40,204 nucleotides of DNA from a virus (IMGVR_UViG_3300037851_001126:1-40204), one strand, 5' to 3'; shown: positions 10,605 to 20,358, counted from the first letter of the stretch. Numbers and translations are program-made. The notes: a model not told the origin generated them from the sequence alone.

Positions 10605-10686
10605 ACTGTCTTACCGTCCTTCCTTGGTTGGTTTTGGTTGTCGCGGCCTGGCACCATGCCTCGCCGCAAATCGTTTTTGTGCACCG

Positions 10687-11433
10687 CTAAAATTGTCGTG
10701 CCGCCACGTCGCTCGGCGCATGCTCGGCGGCAAACCCGCCGACCCGCAGCAGCGCCCCCGCGCCCGGCTCGTCAAACGGCCCCGCGTACTCGGTCGCCGT
10801 CTCATTTCCCTCCCACGGATAGCTGCCGTCCACCGTGTACCAGAGCGCCGCGCCCGCCGTGGCGCAGGCGATCGACACCAGACCGTCGGCCACCGTGATC
10901 GACGGCGTAGCCACCCGCGCCGCGTCGGCCAGGGCAAACGAGGTCCGGAAATTCACGCTGTAGCCCACGATGCCCACCCCGGCGATCTCGGCCGGCACCG
11001 GCACCAGCGCCTGTTCGTCGGCCACCAGCGTGTTGTTGACCAGCGCGGCGTTGAACTGGTGGCAGACCGCCAGGATCCGCTCGGCGATCTCCTCCGCGCT
11101 GGAGTTGGTGCCCGTGGCCAAATAATTGACCAACGGGTTTTCCAGCACCAGCACCTGGACACGGACCAGGTCGAAATAGGGCCGCGGCACGTTCGGGGTC
11201 CGCACATGCCCCGTCGGCATCTGCACTACCACCACCACGCCGTGCTTGGATGCCTGGGCATCGGCCCCGGTCAGGATGGCGATGATCTTGTCCAGGGAAT
11301 GCTCCATCTCGCCCTCGACCGACGCCACCCGGGGCCGCTCGGTCAGCACGGTGATCCCGCGCACCGCAAACCAGTGGTCCGCCGCCAGCCGATCGGCGAT
11401 GTCCTCGTAGAGTTGGCGCAGGGCGCTGCTCAT
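10687..11433 (-). CDS. Tail terminator/completion-like protein with C-terminal CHB_HEX_C/Fn3-associated domain
   Basis: C-terminus VATPSIT...VSIACATAGAALWYTVDGSYP is the typical Fn3_assoc/CHB_HEX_C signature; position before tail tube. Confidence 0.6.
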   Translation of the reverse strand: MSSALRQLYEDIADRLAADHWFAVRGITVLTERPRVASVEGEMEHSLDKIIAILTGADAQASKHGVVVVVQMPTGHVRTPNVPRPYFDLVRVQVLVLENPLVNYLATGTNSSAEEIAERILAVCHQFNAALVNNTLVADEQALVPVPAEIAGVGIVGYSVNFRTSFALADAARVATPSITVADGLVSIACATAGAALWYTVDGSYPWEGNETATEYAGPFDEPGAGALLRVGGFAAEHAPSDVAARQF

Positions 11434-12317
11434 GGTTCCTGTTTTCCCGCTAAAGACGACCGTCGCGACATGGCTTGCTCCAACTCTATGAGCCAGTCGG
11501 CATACGCAGCGTCGTCACTCGCGTCCCACTGCCCCGCAGCGTACTGAGCCCGGAGAGCTTGCAGCTTGCGGTTCAATGACGTCATCAGATAACGGTTCAC
11601 GGTGCTCTCAGCATCGAACCAGTCGATCACGCGATCTACTGCTATGCCGACGTCGGACGATAACCTTGCGGAGTACGTCGGACTCACCACAGCTTTTTGA
11701 GCCAACACAACCTCCACCGGTGCCCTCACCCCCAACTTCAATGAGACCGTCAACGGATCGGCCCCGGTCAGGATGGCATTGACGGGCAGCGATACCTGGT
11801 ACACGCCCCCCGCAGTGAGTTGACCGTTGGCTGTCGCCGGTGCAAACCGATCCAAGAATAAACCCGTCCCACTCAAGAGCGACTGCACCACCACAACGTC
11901 GGACTGGTTCCCTATCGCGTGCGGCACGAAGTCGGGGGCGGACACAGCATGCTTGGACGGCGCCAGCGCGAGTTCTGGCGCGATGATGCCCAGCTTGAGC
12001 GGACTCGACGCAACTGGCGGCGCGGTTAATTCGGGCTTGAGCGCAACCGGTATCACCTCTGGTTCATCCAGCACTGTCTTGGTTGGACCGGTGGCAGCCA
12101 CAGGCGACTCAAGCACCAGCTTGGTTGGTTCCTGCATGACAACCACCGGTGCAAGCATCGGCTTCGGCGGCTGCGGAGTTGCCACTGGCGATTCGATCGC
12201 CGGTTTGCCGTCCACCGCGACAACGGGCGCGATCGAGAGCGGCGGCTTGTCCGCGATGGGTTTCTTGGCACCCACGGACAAGCTCGCCGCGAGCAAGAGT
12301 ATGCCAAGCCGGTTCAT
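11430..12317 (-). CDS. Hypothetical protein with signal peptide and Pro-rich repeats
   Basis: MNRLGILLLAASLSVGA; ESPVA repeats; coupled start/stop overlaps. Confidence 0.65.
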   Translation of the reverse strand: MNRLGILLLAASLSVGAKKPIADKPPLSIAPVVAVDGKPAIESPVATPQPPKPMLAPVVVMQEPTKLVLESPVAATGPTKTVLDEPEVIPVALKPELTAPPVASSPLKLGIIAPELALAPSKHAVSAPDFVPHAIGNQSDVVVVQSLLSGTGLFLDRFAPATANGQLTAGGVYQVSLPVNAILTGADPLTVSLKLGVRAPVEVVLAQKAVVSPTYSARLSSDVGIAVDRVIDWFDAESTVNRYLMTSLNRKLQALRAQYAAGQWDASDDAAYADWLIELEQAMSRRSSLAGKQEP

Positions 12318-13471
12318 CGGTTATAGGCGTCCACAAACGTCTTGTAGTTGACCGCGCCGAGGAAGAACTGCATGAATGCCAATTCATCCGGCTTTGCTTC
12401 GCGGCCCTCGGAGAGAATCGAGGCCGCCAATGCCTGCGCTTCCGTGACGCGATCGGCGTAATCAGCCGGCAGGGTCAACCCCAACTCGGCCAGAGCCGTC
12501 ACCAGGTTGGTTCCGTTATTGTACGCCGCCACCGCCGCTTCCGTTTTGGGCAGGTTGCCGGGGCCGGTCACGGGCAGATTGGCAGCGCGACGAGCGGCAA
12601 TTTCCATTTGTTTGGCTTTTGCCAAAATGCGAGCCTCGTTCTCCGAGACATTTTTTGGGGTGGCAAACTTGTGCGCGACCCCCTCGTAGAAATATCGCGC
12701 ATGCCCGTTGATGTTCGTGAGCGTGTGCGCCGCCTCCAGCAGCATAAAGTACCGACCTTTGGCGATGCCATCGACCGACTCCGCAGCCAGGATCGCGTCG
12801 AAATCGTTCTTGGCGGCAACCCACGCCGTTTCATTTAGCCCGGCCGCCTTGGCAAACTCGACCACCTCGATCACACGAGAGCCCGACAGCCCGGCTAGGC
12901 TGTTCAGGTCGTTGGCGTATTCGATAATTTGCTGGGCGTTCGCGAATAACTTGTGCCGCGCCGCAGCGTGCATGGCCATGAACGGGTTGAAGTTGTAACC
13001 ACTCGTTGACTTGGATATCTCAATAAGCGCCTGCAGATTAGCGTCCTGGTTGGCTGCCATGTAGCTCACGCCTTCCAGCGTGGTGCGGGCGGCGGCGTAG
13101 CCGTTGGTGCCGGACGCCAATGACGCCAGCGCGGCGGTAACCTGCCCGCGAGCCGTATCGAGCCGTGTCATCTCCTCCGTGACCGGTGCGACGGCTGCGG
13201 GCGGGACGAGCGACAGGATAATCCCTTTGGCGGCATCGAGCGTGCCTTGAGCCGGTACCGGGCGCGGGTCGGTGACGTAATTCCGGTACGACCGCAACAG
13301 CTTCCCGACTTGCGCATAACTGCCGCCTTGTTCCCACACGTATTGATACGCTTGATACGTTCCATTCGTGAGGGTGTTGACGACTTGCTGTTCGGTCATC
13401 GCGGCCATGCTCGCGTTTGCCGCGAAAACGCATGCCGCACAAACGATCACTAACGTCATTCGGTTCTTCAT
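12314..13471 (-). CDS. Hypothetical secreted protein
   Basis: MKNRMTLVIVCAACVFAANASMA signal peptide; AAGGA RBS. Confidence 0.75.
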   Translation of the reverse strand: MKNRMTLVIVCAACVFAANASMAAMTEQQVVNTLTNGTYQAYQYVWEQGGSYAQVGKLLRSYRNYVTDPRPVPAQGTLDAAKGIILSLVPPAAVAPVTEEMTRLDTARGQVTAALASLASGTNGYAAARTTLEGVSYMAANQDANLQALIEISKSTSGYNFNPFMAMHAAARHKLFANAQQIIEYANDLNSLAGLSGSRVIEVVEFAKAAGLNETAWVAAKNDFDAILAAESVDGIAKGRYFMLLEAAHTLTNINGHARYFYEGVAHKFATPKNVSENEARILAKAKQMEIAARRAANLPVTGPGNLPKTEAAVAAYNNGTNLVTALAELGLTLPADYADRVTEAQALAASILSEGREAKPDELAFMQFFLGAVNYKTFVDAYNR

Positions 13472-13480
13472 GTGTGTCCT

Positions 13481-14080
13481 TTATGGTGTGGTTCGTTGTG
13501 GAATCCACGTCGGTGTGACGGGAGTCCATATCTGCCTCGCGCCACCGTCCGTCTCGAACGTAACGCCGTCGATCCGTGAGTAGCTCCAAACGAGGTTCGA
13601 TTGATTCTTGTTCATCCAGGCGGAGACGTTGTTCGTCACGCCGCCGGGCGAGATGACCAACAAAGACGGCTGCACCACGACGTAGCGCACGACACTGTTG
13701 GCATCGGTCAGTTGTCCCAAGATTGCCGCGTGACCCGGAGACGTGATCCAGGCGCGCGGGTTGACCGCGCCTGAGTCGGTAAAAAACACCTTGGCATCCG
13801 GATCGTCCGCGATGCTGTTCGTCCAGATCGAGTTGTAGTAGTAGGCCAGGGTTTGGAAATTGTTCGTGCTGGCCTTCAACTCGAAGTCGGTGAACGCCCC
13901 CCCCAGCGGCAGCCAGAAGGAGGGATAATTCGTCACGTCATCGACCAGTACCGACGTCGGAATCGGCTCATCGGTCGGCAGATCGCCCATGTTGATCGGC
14001 CCGGCCAACAGCCAACCGGCAGCCAGCACGGACGCAACGGCGGCCAACCCGGTGAAACAGGCCCTTGCGGTTTGCCTCAT
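13481..14080 (-). CDS. Hypothetical protein with signal-like N-terminus
   Basis: MRQTARACFTGLAAVASVLAAGWLLA; ATG overlaps upstream stop. Confidence 0.65.
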   Translation of the reverse strand: MRQTARACFTGLAAVASVLAAGWLLAGPINMGDLPTDEPIPTSVLVDDVTNYPSFWLPLGGAFTDFELKASTNNFQTLAYYYNSIWTNSIADDPDAKVFFTDSGAVNPRAWITSPGHAAILGQLTDANSVVRYVVVQPSLLVISPGGVTNNVSAWMNKNQSNLVWSYSRIDGVTFETDGGARQIWTPVTPTWIPQRTTP

Positions 14081-14394
14081 GACAAGATCCCTTTCGCCTT
14101 CAGCGCGTCGATCAGCGTGCCCAGAACCCGCGCCATCTCGTTGGGCGAGGTCTTGGCCACGTCCAGCGTCTTGTCCGTGGACGGGTTCAAGACCGTCCAG
14201 CCGGCGTCGGGCGTGCCGCTGCCCACCATCGCCAGCCAGGCCGCGCCGTCCCAGACATACGGCAGATCGTCGGTCGTGTTGTAGTAACACTGGCCGACCA
14301 CCGGCGAGGTCGGCGGGGACGACAACTGGTGCAGCCGCAGGTTGAGCACCTCGTTCTTTTCGAGATCGATCGCTGTCTTGAACGCGCGCGACAT
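14077..14394 (-). CDS. Fibre/decoration protein, paralogue of the N-terminus of 14432-15508
   Basis: MSRAFKTAIDLEKNEVLN...GQCYYNTTDD..YVWDG vs MARKFLTALDLNKNELQN...GQMYYNTTDD..YFYDG. Confidence 0.7.
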   Translation of the reverse strand: MSRAFKTAIDLEKNEVLNLRLHQLSSPPTSPVVGQCYYNTTDDLPYVWDGAAWLAMVGSGTPDAGWTVLNPSTDKTLDVAKTSPNEMARVLGTLIDALKAKGILS

Positions 14395-14431
14395 GGTTTC
14401 GTGTCTTTCGTGTGTTTCGTGGTTCCGTCTA

Positions 14432-15508
14432 TCAGCCGACCACGATCACCCGGTACTGGTTCAAGGTCGGGGCAGACGCGAACCGCAACCGGACCGTGTT
14501 GGCGTCGAGGCTCTCGACATCGCACAGCACATGGCCGTAGGGGCTGCCGGCTTCGATCACGCTGACGGTGATATCCCGCGTGCCCAGGTTGTGCGCCACG
14601 TCGATCTGCGTCGCCGCGCCGTCGCCCACGTTGGCCGACGCCTTGCGCGCCACCACCGCGGTATCAATCGCCACCGCGTCAGCCGACACGCTGATGCCCG
14701 TGCCGGCTCCGACCGCCAGGGTCGATCCGGTCTTGGTCAACCCGTCGCCCGCCGTCACGTCCGCCGCGCCGCTGAACTGCACAAACACCAGCGCCGTGGT
14801 GCCGACCACGATCGGGTTGTTGGTCGTCAACACCCAGCCGGTATCGCCATTGGTCGTGCCTTCCTCGACGAACGCATACATGCCCGCTGTCACATCGGCG
14901 CTTGTGTCAGCATCGCCGGCTCGTGACCAAGGACCGGCCTCGTCGACAACATAAATGCCGTTCTCGCTGGCTGTGGTCTGGTTCTTCACCAAGACGCGAT
15001 CGTAGTTGTTTAGTTGCACCCCATCGACAGTCTGGGGACCATCAAGCGTGATGTTGGCCGTGGTGGCCACGCGCACGCTGGCCTTCGGATCGAGCCCGGA
15101 GCTGACCGCATCGAGCTGGCCTTTGTTGACCGCGTCGGTGGCGGCCGTGCCGTTGGCCAGGCCGGTGATCTTCTGCGAGTTGAGCGCCACGCTGGCCGTC
15201 GGCGCGGCCATCTGATCGAGTCGACTCGTCCGTACCTGGGTGTCGAAATCGCTGATCGTGCTCGCTGCCTGCGTGCCGGTGTGGTTGGCCCGGGAAAGGT
15301 AGTACGATCCCGCCTGGCCACCGAGCGTCACCGCGTCGGTCACATCGATCCACGACGTGCCGTCGTAGAAGTAGACCGCGTCATCGGTGGTGTTGTAGTA
15401 CATCTGGCCGGCAGCCGGTGTGCTCGGCGCCGAGGCCAGGTTCTGCAGGACCGCGTTTTGCAGCTCGTTTTTGTTGAGGTCCAGCGCGGTCAAGAATTTG
15501 CGTGCCAT
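14432..15508 (-). CDS. Head/tail fibre-like decoration protein
   Basis: LSRANHTGTQ, ATDAVNKGQLD and 'VRVATTANITL...DRVLVKNQTTASENGIYVV..W.RA.DAD' motifs typical of phage fibre proteins. Confidence 0.75.
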   Translation of the reverse strand: MARKFLTALDLNKNELQNAVLQNLASAPSTPAAGQMYYNTTDDAVYFYDGTSWIDVTDAVTLGGQAGSYYLSRANHTGTQAASTISDFDTQVRTSRLDQMAAPTASVALNSQKITGLANGTAATDAVNKGQLDAVSSGLDPKASVRVATTANITLDGPQTVDGVQLNNYDRVLVKNQTTASENGIYVVDEAGPWSRAGDADTSADVTAGMYAFVEEGTTNGDTGWVLTTNNPIVVGTTALVFVQFSGAADVTAGDGLTKTGSTLAVGAGTGISVSADAVAIDTAVVARKASANVGDGAATQIDVAHNLGTRDITVSVIEAGSPYGHVLCDVESLDANTVRLRFASAPTLNQYRVIVVG

Positions 15509-15557
15509 ACTGTTTGTTCCTTTACTGTTGGTTGGTTGGTTGGTTGGTTCTCGTCGA

Positions 15558-15836
15558 TCAATTGCAATACGCTTCGCCGCTGAACGCGGCACTGAATCCG
15601 ATGGTCAGACTGTTGTCGTCCACGTGCTGCACGTCGCCTTCCACTTCCGTGCCGGCCGAGTCCACCACCGCCACGCACGGCCGTTTGCCCAAATTGTGCG
15701 CGATCGCCCAGGTGGCCGACGGCGTCGATTGCACATGCCGGTGGTACCGGTCCATCCCGGCGACCTGCTGGATCACCTGGCGCACCGCCACCGCGGGTGG
15801 CGGCGTCACCTGCACATGGACGCGCCTCGCGCTCAT
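15558..15836 (-). CDS. Small virion protein (HNLG motif)
   Basis: WAIAHNLGKRPCVAVVD resembles the C-terminal domain of 14432-15508. Confidence 0.65.
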   Translation of the reverse strand: MSARRVHVQVTPPPAVAVRQVIQQVAGMDRYHRHVQSTPSATWAIAHNLGKRPCVAVVDSAGTEVEGDVQHVDDNSLTIGFSAAFSGEAYCN

Positions 15837-16195
15837 GCGGCCACCGTCCTGCGGGTCACGTCCGCCAGCCATTCGACCTGGCCTCCGGTCAGCGTGGTGA
15901 TGGTGCCGTCGGGCGCGCGCGACTGCAGATCCCAGGCGTACACCCCGAGCAGATCCGCCGTGTCCGCCGCCGGCACGGTGACGGTCGAAAGCCCGCCCGC
16001 CGCGTCGGTGTGCGCCGTCACGTCCACGGCCACCACCGCCGCGCTGTCGTCGGCCGCGTGGTCCGCCAGTGGCTTGACGGTGAACATGAGCGTGTACCCG
16101 GTCAGGTCCACGGCCGCGCCGTCGGCGGCCGTCATCCGCACCTCCATCGAGAACGTATCGCCCCGCACCGCGGTGAGATTGACGGTCTTGATCAC
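15833..16195 (-). CDS. BppU-like/Ig-like virion protein
   Basis: RGDTF...VDLTGY...YAWDLQ...GGQVEWLADVTR pattern. Confidence 0.6.
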   Translation of the reverse strand: MIKTVNLTAVRGDTFSMEVRMTAADGAAVDLTGYTLMFTVKPLADHAADDSAAVVAVDVTAHTDAAGGLSTVTVPAADTADLLGVYAWDLQSRAPDGTITTLTGGQVEWLADVTRRTVAA

Positions 16196-16197
16196 GT

Positions 16198-16656
16198 TCA
16201 GATTCCTTCCTGTGTGGACGATGTCCAGTTGCGGGTGCGTTCGCCGAAGGCCGGGGACGGGCTGGGTTGCACGGCGGCGGCTTCGGGTGTCTCGGGCAGT
16301 TCCACCGCGTCCTGGCAGTCGGCCACGCGGTCCAGGTCGGTCCGGGCAGCCTTCTCGGCGGCCAGTCGCGGATCGGTCTCCTTGAGCAGGTGCGACCCGT
16401 ACCGGCGCAACAGTTCCACCACGATCAACGCCAGCGCCTGGCTTTTCAGCCCGGCGGGAATCATCGCGTCATCGGTGCTCAACCGGTTGTGGCGGCAGCT
16501 CGCCACCTTGCGGCGGACCTCGGCGGTCACGTCGGCAATCACGTCGTCGACGGGCGAGTTCATCCCGGCCACCAGGGCGCGGGAGTTGACCGCCTGCCAC
16601 TCGGCGCTGTTCAGCCGATTCTTCACATCCGCTTCGGTGATCGTGATCCAGCTCAT
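16198..16656 (-). CDS. Head-tail adaptor (Mu gp36/DUF1320-like)
   Basis: MSWITITEADV start, helical, follows capsid gene. Confidence 0.65.
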   Translation of the reverse strand: MSWITITEADVKNRLNSAEWQAVNSRALVAGMNSPVDDVIADVTAEVRRKVASCRHNRLSTDDAMIPAGLKSQALALIVVELLRRYGSHLLKETDPRLAAEKAARTDLDRVADCQDAVELPETPEAAAVQPSPSPAFGERTRNWTSSTQEGI

Positions 16657-16680
16657 GGTGTCCGTTCCTCGTCGAGGGTT

Positions 16681-16716
16681 CGCCTGGGCGCCGTCGTGCG
16701 GACCGACGCCCAGGCG
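16681..16716 (-). terminator. GC-rich hairpin after the major capsid gene
   Basis: cgcctgggcg...cgcccaggcg 10-bp stem; no clear U-tract. Confidence 0.35.
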
Positions 16717-16731
16717 CTCGTCCTTGGGGGA

Positions 16732-17652
16732 TTAGCTGATGGTGAGCCTCCGCACACAGGCGGTGCTGACCACCTGGATGTCCTCGCTCCAGTCCACCGC
16801 CAGGATGTCCGACCGGTTGCGGTCGGCCCGGTAGGTGCGCACGCTTTCCACGCCGCCCGAGCGGGTGCGGAACGTCTTGGCGAAGCTCGGGTCGTACTGC
16901 GTCGGCGTGGTCGAGGAGTAGAACAAGAACACCTCGGCACCGACGATGTTGGTCGCGCTCTTGGTGGCGCCGATCTTGGCGCTGTCCTTGGAGAGCACGC
17001 CAACCCGGATCTCGATGCCGGGGTTGAGCAGCATCTGGGCGGCCTGGGCGTTGGTCACGCCGATCAGCGCCGCGCCAGGCTGGCGGGCAATGACCTTGTC
17101 GTGGTTGCGGAACACCCGCCAGGCGCCGATGCCGAACGCGATGCGGTTGGGCATCATGCCGGTCTCGATGGCGATGGCCTCGATCTGCTCGTCCAGCTCC
17201 TTGACGGGATCGTTGGAGCTGCTGCTCCAGACGCCCTTGGCGCCGACCGCGGCGACCGCGGTCTTGATCTTGGCGAGCACCCGGTCCTCATGGCTGATGA
17301 CGGCGCTGGTGACCAGCGTGTCGATCTTGGCCCGTTCGAGGCCGAGCGGGTCGGCATCGCCCGCGAGCTCGCGCTCGTGGTCGTCGATGGCGATCTCCAG
17401 CGCCTGCGGGGCGCAGTTGTAGTCGGAGTCGGACGCGAGGAACTCCAGGCGTCGGGCTTCGCCGCCGATGGCGCGGCTGGTGTCGACCACCTGGAAGGCG
17501 TTCTTGTCGTTGAACTGCTTGAACTTGCCGGTGGCCGAGGCGACCGGCACGGTGGGCGCGAGAAACTCGGCCAGGGCGCTGGAGCGATCCTGGGCGATGC
17601 CGCGCGCGTAGTTGGTCAGGGTCTGAACGACCGCGGATGATGTGGCTGGCAT
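16732..17652 (-). CDS. Major capsid protein
   Basis: 306 aa; LTNYARG...LAEFLAPTVPV...G..PN pattern of phage capsid proteins; follows protease and cement genes. Confidence 0.85.
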   Translation of the reverse strand: MPATSSAVVQTLTNYARGIAQDRSSALAEFLAPTVPVASATGKFKQFNDKNAFQVVDTSRAIGGEARRLEFLASDSDYNCAPQALEIAIDDHERELAGDADPLGLERAKIDTLVTSAVISHEDRVLAKIKTAVAAVGAKGVWSSSSNDPVKELDEQIEAIAIETGMMPNRIAFGIGAWRVFRNHDKVIARQPGAALIGVTNAQAAQMLLNPGIEIRVGVLSKDSAKIGATKSATNIVGAEVFLFYSSTTPTQYDPSFAKTFRTRSGGVESVRTYRADRNRSDILAVDWSEDIQVVSTACVRRLTIS

Positions 17653-17686
17653 AGTCTTGTGTTTCCTTTTGATGTCTGATGATGGG

Positions 17687-18070
17687 TTAGCTGAGCGCCG
17701 TTGGCTTGAACAGGACGGCCTCGATGAGTTCGTTGGCCGCGCCGGCTTCGAGGGCGCGGGCGCAGAGCACGCGGTTGCCAGTGCCGGCATCGAGCTTGAA
17801 CGTGCCGGTGGCGGTGATCTGCAAGTAGCTGCCGGTCACCACCGTGCCGGGCGTGCCGTCCAGCTTGACCTTGACCGTGCCGGCCAGGCCGCCGTCGCAC
17901 AACGCGACCGCGTCTTTGCCGGTGGTGGGTTGCCCCTCGGTGATGACCCCGAGCGGGATGTCGGTGACGGCGCTGCACACAGCGCCGGTGGCCAGAAGGG
18001 CGTAGCCTTCCTTGCCGGTGTGGTCCGCCAATGGCGTGACCGGGATGATTCCGTTTGAGCGTGCGATCAT
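17687..18070 (-). CDS. Capsid cement/decoration protein (DUF2190-like)
   Basis: 127 aa Gly/Ala-rich, PLGVI...RALEAGAANELIEAVL; AGGAGG RBS. Confidence 0.7.
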   Translation of the reverse strand: MIARSNGIIPVTPLADHTGKEGYALLATGAVCSAVTDIPLGVITEGQPTTGKDAVALCDGGLAGTVKVKLDGTPGTVVTGSYLQITATGTFKLDAGTGNRVLCARALEAGAANELIEAVLFKPTALS

Positions 18071-18072
18071 GA

Positions 18073-19347
18073 TTACGATTCCTCCTGGTTGGTTTCTTCA
18101 GCGAATAATTCGGGTTTCTCCGTTTGCACGGCGGCCCAGGCCTGGGCGTAGCCGCAGCGGTTGGCCAGCATCTTGGAGCGGACAGCCTCCTCGATCTGCT
18201 GGGGCTTGGTCTTCGCGACGCTGCTGCCGGGCGTCGGTTTGCCCGCGCGATTGTGCAACGCGGGTTTCTCCACCGGCTTGAGCGCCTGGAGCATCTCAAG
18301 ACCCGACTTGCGGTCGTTCAGCAACACCTTGCGCATCGCCTCCTTGTTGGCGATCCGATCGGCGTACTGCGCCAGGTCCGTCTCGACCTGCGCTTCGAGC
18401 AGCTCGCGGCTGTTCTTCTTCAGGTCCGCATTCGCTGTCTCCAGCGATGCAGCCCGATTCTTCAGCGTGGTCACGGCCTCGACGACGGCGCTATCCGCCG
18501 CGTCGGCGGCCAAGCCCAACGCTGTGATCAGTTTGTCCTTCATGTGGGACTCCTTGTGTGTGGGTTTGGTTTCTGCGCCGCTCGGGCCGTTGCCCGTGGC
18601 GCGGTTTGACAGGGGCACCATGCCCCGCAAATTGGGTTGGTTGGTCAGCCCCACCGAGTCGAGCCGACGGGGGCGGACCTTGCCGCCGCCCAGGTCTTCG
18701 CAATCGGCCCGGGCCCAGACGGGCGAGACGAACCGGTACAGTCCATTGGCAATGGCTTCGCGGCCGACCGGGGTCAGATCGATCTTGGCCCACAGCCCGT
18801 TGGACCGCTTGGCCAACTCCTTGATCCAGCCCATGGCGGTCGACGGCTTGTCGGGCTGGTAACTGAAATGGTCCTGGTCCACCAGGATCTCCTCGCCGCC
18901 GTCGCGGAAACTGTTGACCATCGCCTCCAGCGCGGCGTCATCGAGCACCTGGGTCAGCCCGGTCTCGCTGTGCGGGTATTCGCCCGTCGGCGCCACCTGC
19001 ACCCAGCCATCGGCCGGCAAGCTGCGGTTCAACATCGGCATCGCATTCCTCATCACATCCTCCGTGGTCTCCGGTCCCCGGTCTCCGGTCCCCGGTCCCT
19101 CCTTCGCCGCTTTCTCGATCAGGTCGGTCATCTCGCCCACGATCGCCGCCTCGAGTTCGCGGGCGGTATCGGCATCGGTATTGGCCCGGCGCAGCAACTG
19201 CGGCAGGTCCGCCACCAGCTCGCGCAGCTCCTGCAACGCGTCCGCCGCGTCGCCCTGGGCCAGCGCCTTTTCCAGCCGCCGCCGCAACGGCGCCTGGTCG
19301 TTGACCAGCCCCGCCGCCACATCCGCAATCCGTTGTTTCGGGGTCAT
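18073..19347 (-). CDS. Mu-like prohead protease/scaffold (gpI) with an extra N-terminal helical segment
   Basis: VDQDH...AMGWIKEL...GLWAKIDLT..G...YRFVSP...SVGLTNQPNL motifs; possible internal start at 19053 with GGAGG RBS. Confidence 0.9.
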   Translation of the reverse strand: MTPKQRIADVAAGLVNDQAPLRRRLEKALAQGDAADALQELRELVADLPQLLRRANTDADTARELEAAIVGEMTDLIEKAAKEGPGTGDRGPETTEDVMRNAMPMLNRSLPADGWVQVAPTGEYPHSETGLTQVLDDAALEAMVNSFRDGGEEILVDQDHFSYQPDKPSTAMGWIKELAKRSNGLWAKIDLTPVGREAIANGLYRFVSPVWARADCEDLGGGKVRPRRLDSVGLTNQPNLRGMVPLSNRATGNGPSGAETKPTHKESHMKDKLITALGLAADAADSAVVEAVTTLKNRAASLETANADLKKNSRELLEAQVETDLAQYADRIANKEAMRKVLLNDRKSGLEMLQALKPVEKPALHNRAGKPTPGSSVAKTKPQQIEEAVRSKMLANRCGYAQAWAAVQTEKPELFAEETNQEES

Positions 19348-19350
19348 TGC

Positions 19351-19379
19351 TTGACCTCCGCCAGCGGGTGGGCAAAATG
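19351..19379 (+). promoter_or_regulatory. 29-bp promoter-like direct repeat, copy 1
   Basis: TTGACCTCCGCCAGCGGGTGGGCAAAATG; TTGACC-N16-CAAAAT just before ATG 19385. Confidence 0.7.
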
Positions 19380-19384
19380 GCGCC

Positions 19385-19804
19385 ATGACACCCGATCAAT
19401 TCCGTGAGATTTGCGACTGGGCGAACCGCCGCGAGGAGAAGTTCTATGCGTGGCTGCGGTTCCTTGTAGGGCTTGCCGCAGTGTCGCTATCGGTTCTGGC
19501 AGTGCTCCCGTCGGCGGCGGGGGCAACCGCATCGGATACCCTGTTGCGGAAGGTGTCGTGGACAGGACTTGGACTCGGTATCCTGCTTGGAGCATTAGCG
19601 CTGCACGGCGAAGTGTGGATCGAACGCGCGCTGGTGAAGTCGTTGGTGCAACAAAGAACACAACCGACTTGGCCCGGTAGCGACGCAGCGCCTTCGCCCA
19701 TCGTCGCAAAATTGCCCTGGCCGTACCGCTGGGCCGTGCCGGGTTGTTACCTGTCATTGGCAATGGCAGTGGGTTCACTGGTGACCTCCGTGTGGCTGCG
19801 CTGA
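19385..19804 (+). CDS. Membrane protein (3 predicted TM segments), moron
   Basis: Hydrophobic segments; antisense to the late operon; own promoter. Confidence 0.7.
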   Translation: MTPDQFREICDWANRREEKFYAWLRFLVGLAAVSLSVLAVLPSAAGATASDTLLRKVSWTGLGLGILLGALALHGEVWIERALVKSLVQQRTQPTWPGSDAAPSPIVAKLPWPYRWAVPGCYLSLAMAVGSLVTSVWLR

Positions 19805-19808
19805 TCGT

Positions 19809-19837
19809 TTGACCTCCGCCAGCGGGTGGGCAAAATG
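19809..19837 (+). promoter_or_regulatory. 29-bp promoter-like direct repeat, copy 2
   Basis: Identical to 19351-19379; precedes ATG 19843. Confidence 0.7.
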
Positions 19838-19842
19838 AGGAG

Positions 19843-20250
19843 ATGGATTGGCTAACGGAAATCGAATGGGTCGCAGACTGGCAGTTGCGTCTGGGAACAG
19901 TGGAATGTCCGACGGTACCGGGCCGCACGCCTGAAGAACGCGCCCGTGCAGTCGCAGGGCTAGAGCGACGCACCAGCGCGTCCACCGACGCGCTCTGCCG
20001 GCAACTCGCGCGCGGCAACCCCGTGGCAGCGACGGATGCGGAACGGTATTTTCTCCGACAACGGCTGCATCAGGCGTTGCGGTTCCTGGAGGCGGCGGCC
20101 ACACCGTTTCCGGTGCGGGGAGCGCCGGTGCTGCAAGTGCCCGCGTCAGTTGATCCAGAATCGCGGCGCGAGTGGCTGCTGATTGCGCTGTGGGACTCCA
20201 CGCTGCGCGACGAATGGATTGCCAATCCAACAACGAGCACATTCGATTGA
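19843..20250 (+). CDS. Helical hypothetical protein, candidate immunity family member
   Basis: Resembles 38079-38492 (..RLG..; FL..R...AL..LEA; R.WLL..[LV]W). Confidence 0.65.
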   Translation: MDWLTEIEWVADWQLRLGTVECPTVPGRTPEERARAVAGLERRTSASTDALCRQLARGNPVAATDAERYFLRQRLHQALRFLEAAATPFPVRGAPVLQVPASVDPESRREWLLIALWDSTLRDEWIANPTTSTFD

Positions 20251-20358
20251 GCCGCTGCGCATCCAGCCGCTCCCAGTCGTGCCTCTCCTTGACCAGTGCC
20301 ACTTTGGTATTCATCGTGCGCCTCCTGCTGTTTTGCGGCTGGCGCGGCAACGAGCGAA

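Noticed and set aside
15527-15549. (GTTG)n microsatellite as a phase-variation switch
   Set aside because: Short and intergenic, with no promoter evidence around it
9155-16195. Contractile tail (sheath/baseplate) as in Mu itself
   Set aside because: No sheath- or baseplate J-like ORF recognised; the layout fits a non-contractile tail
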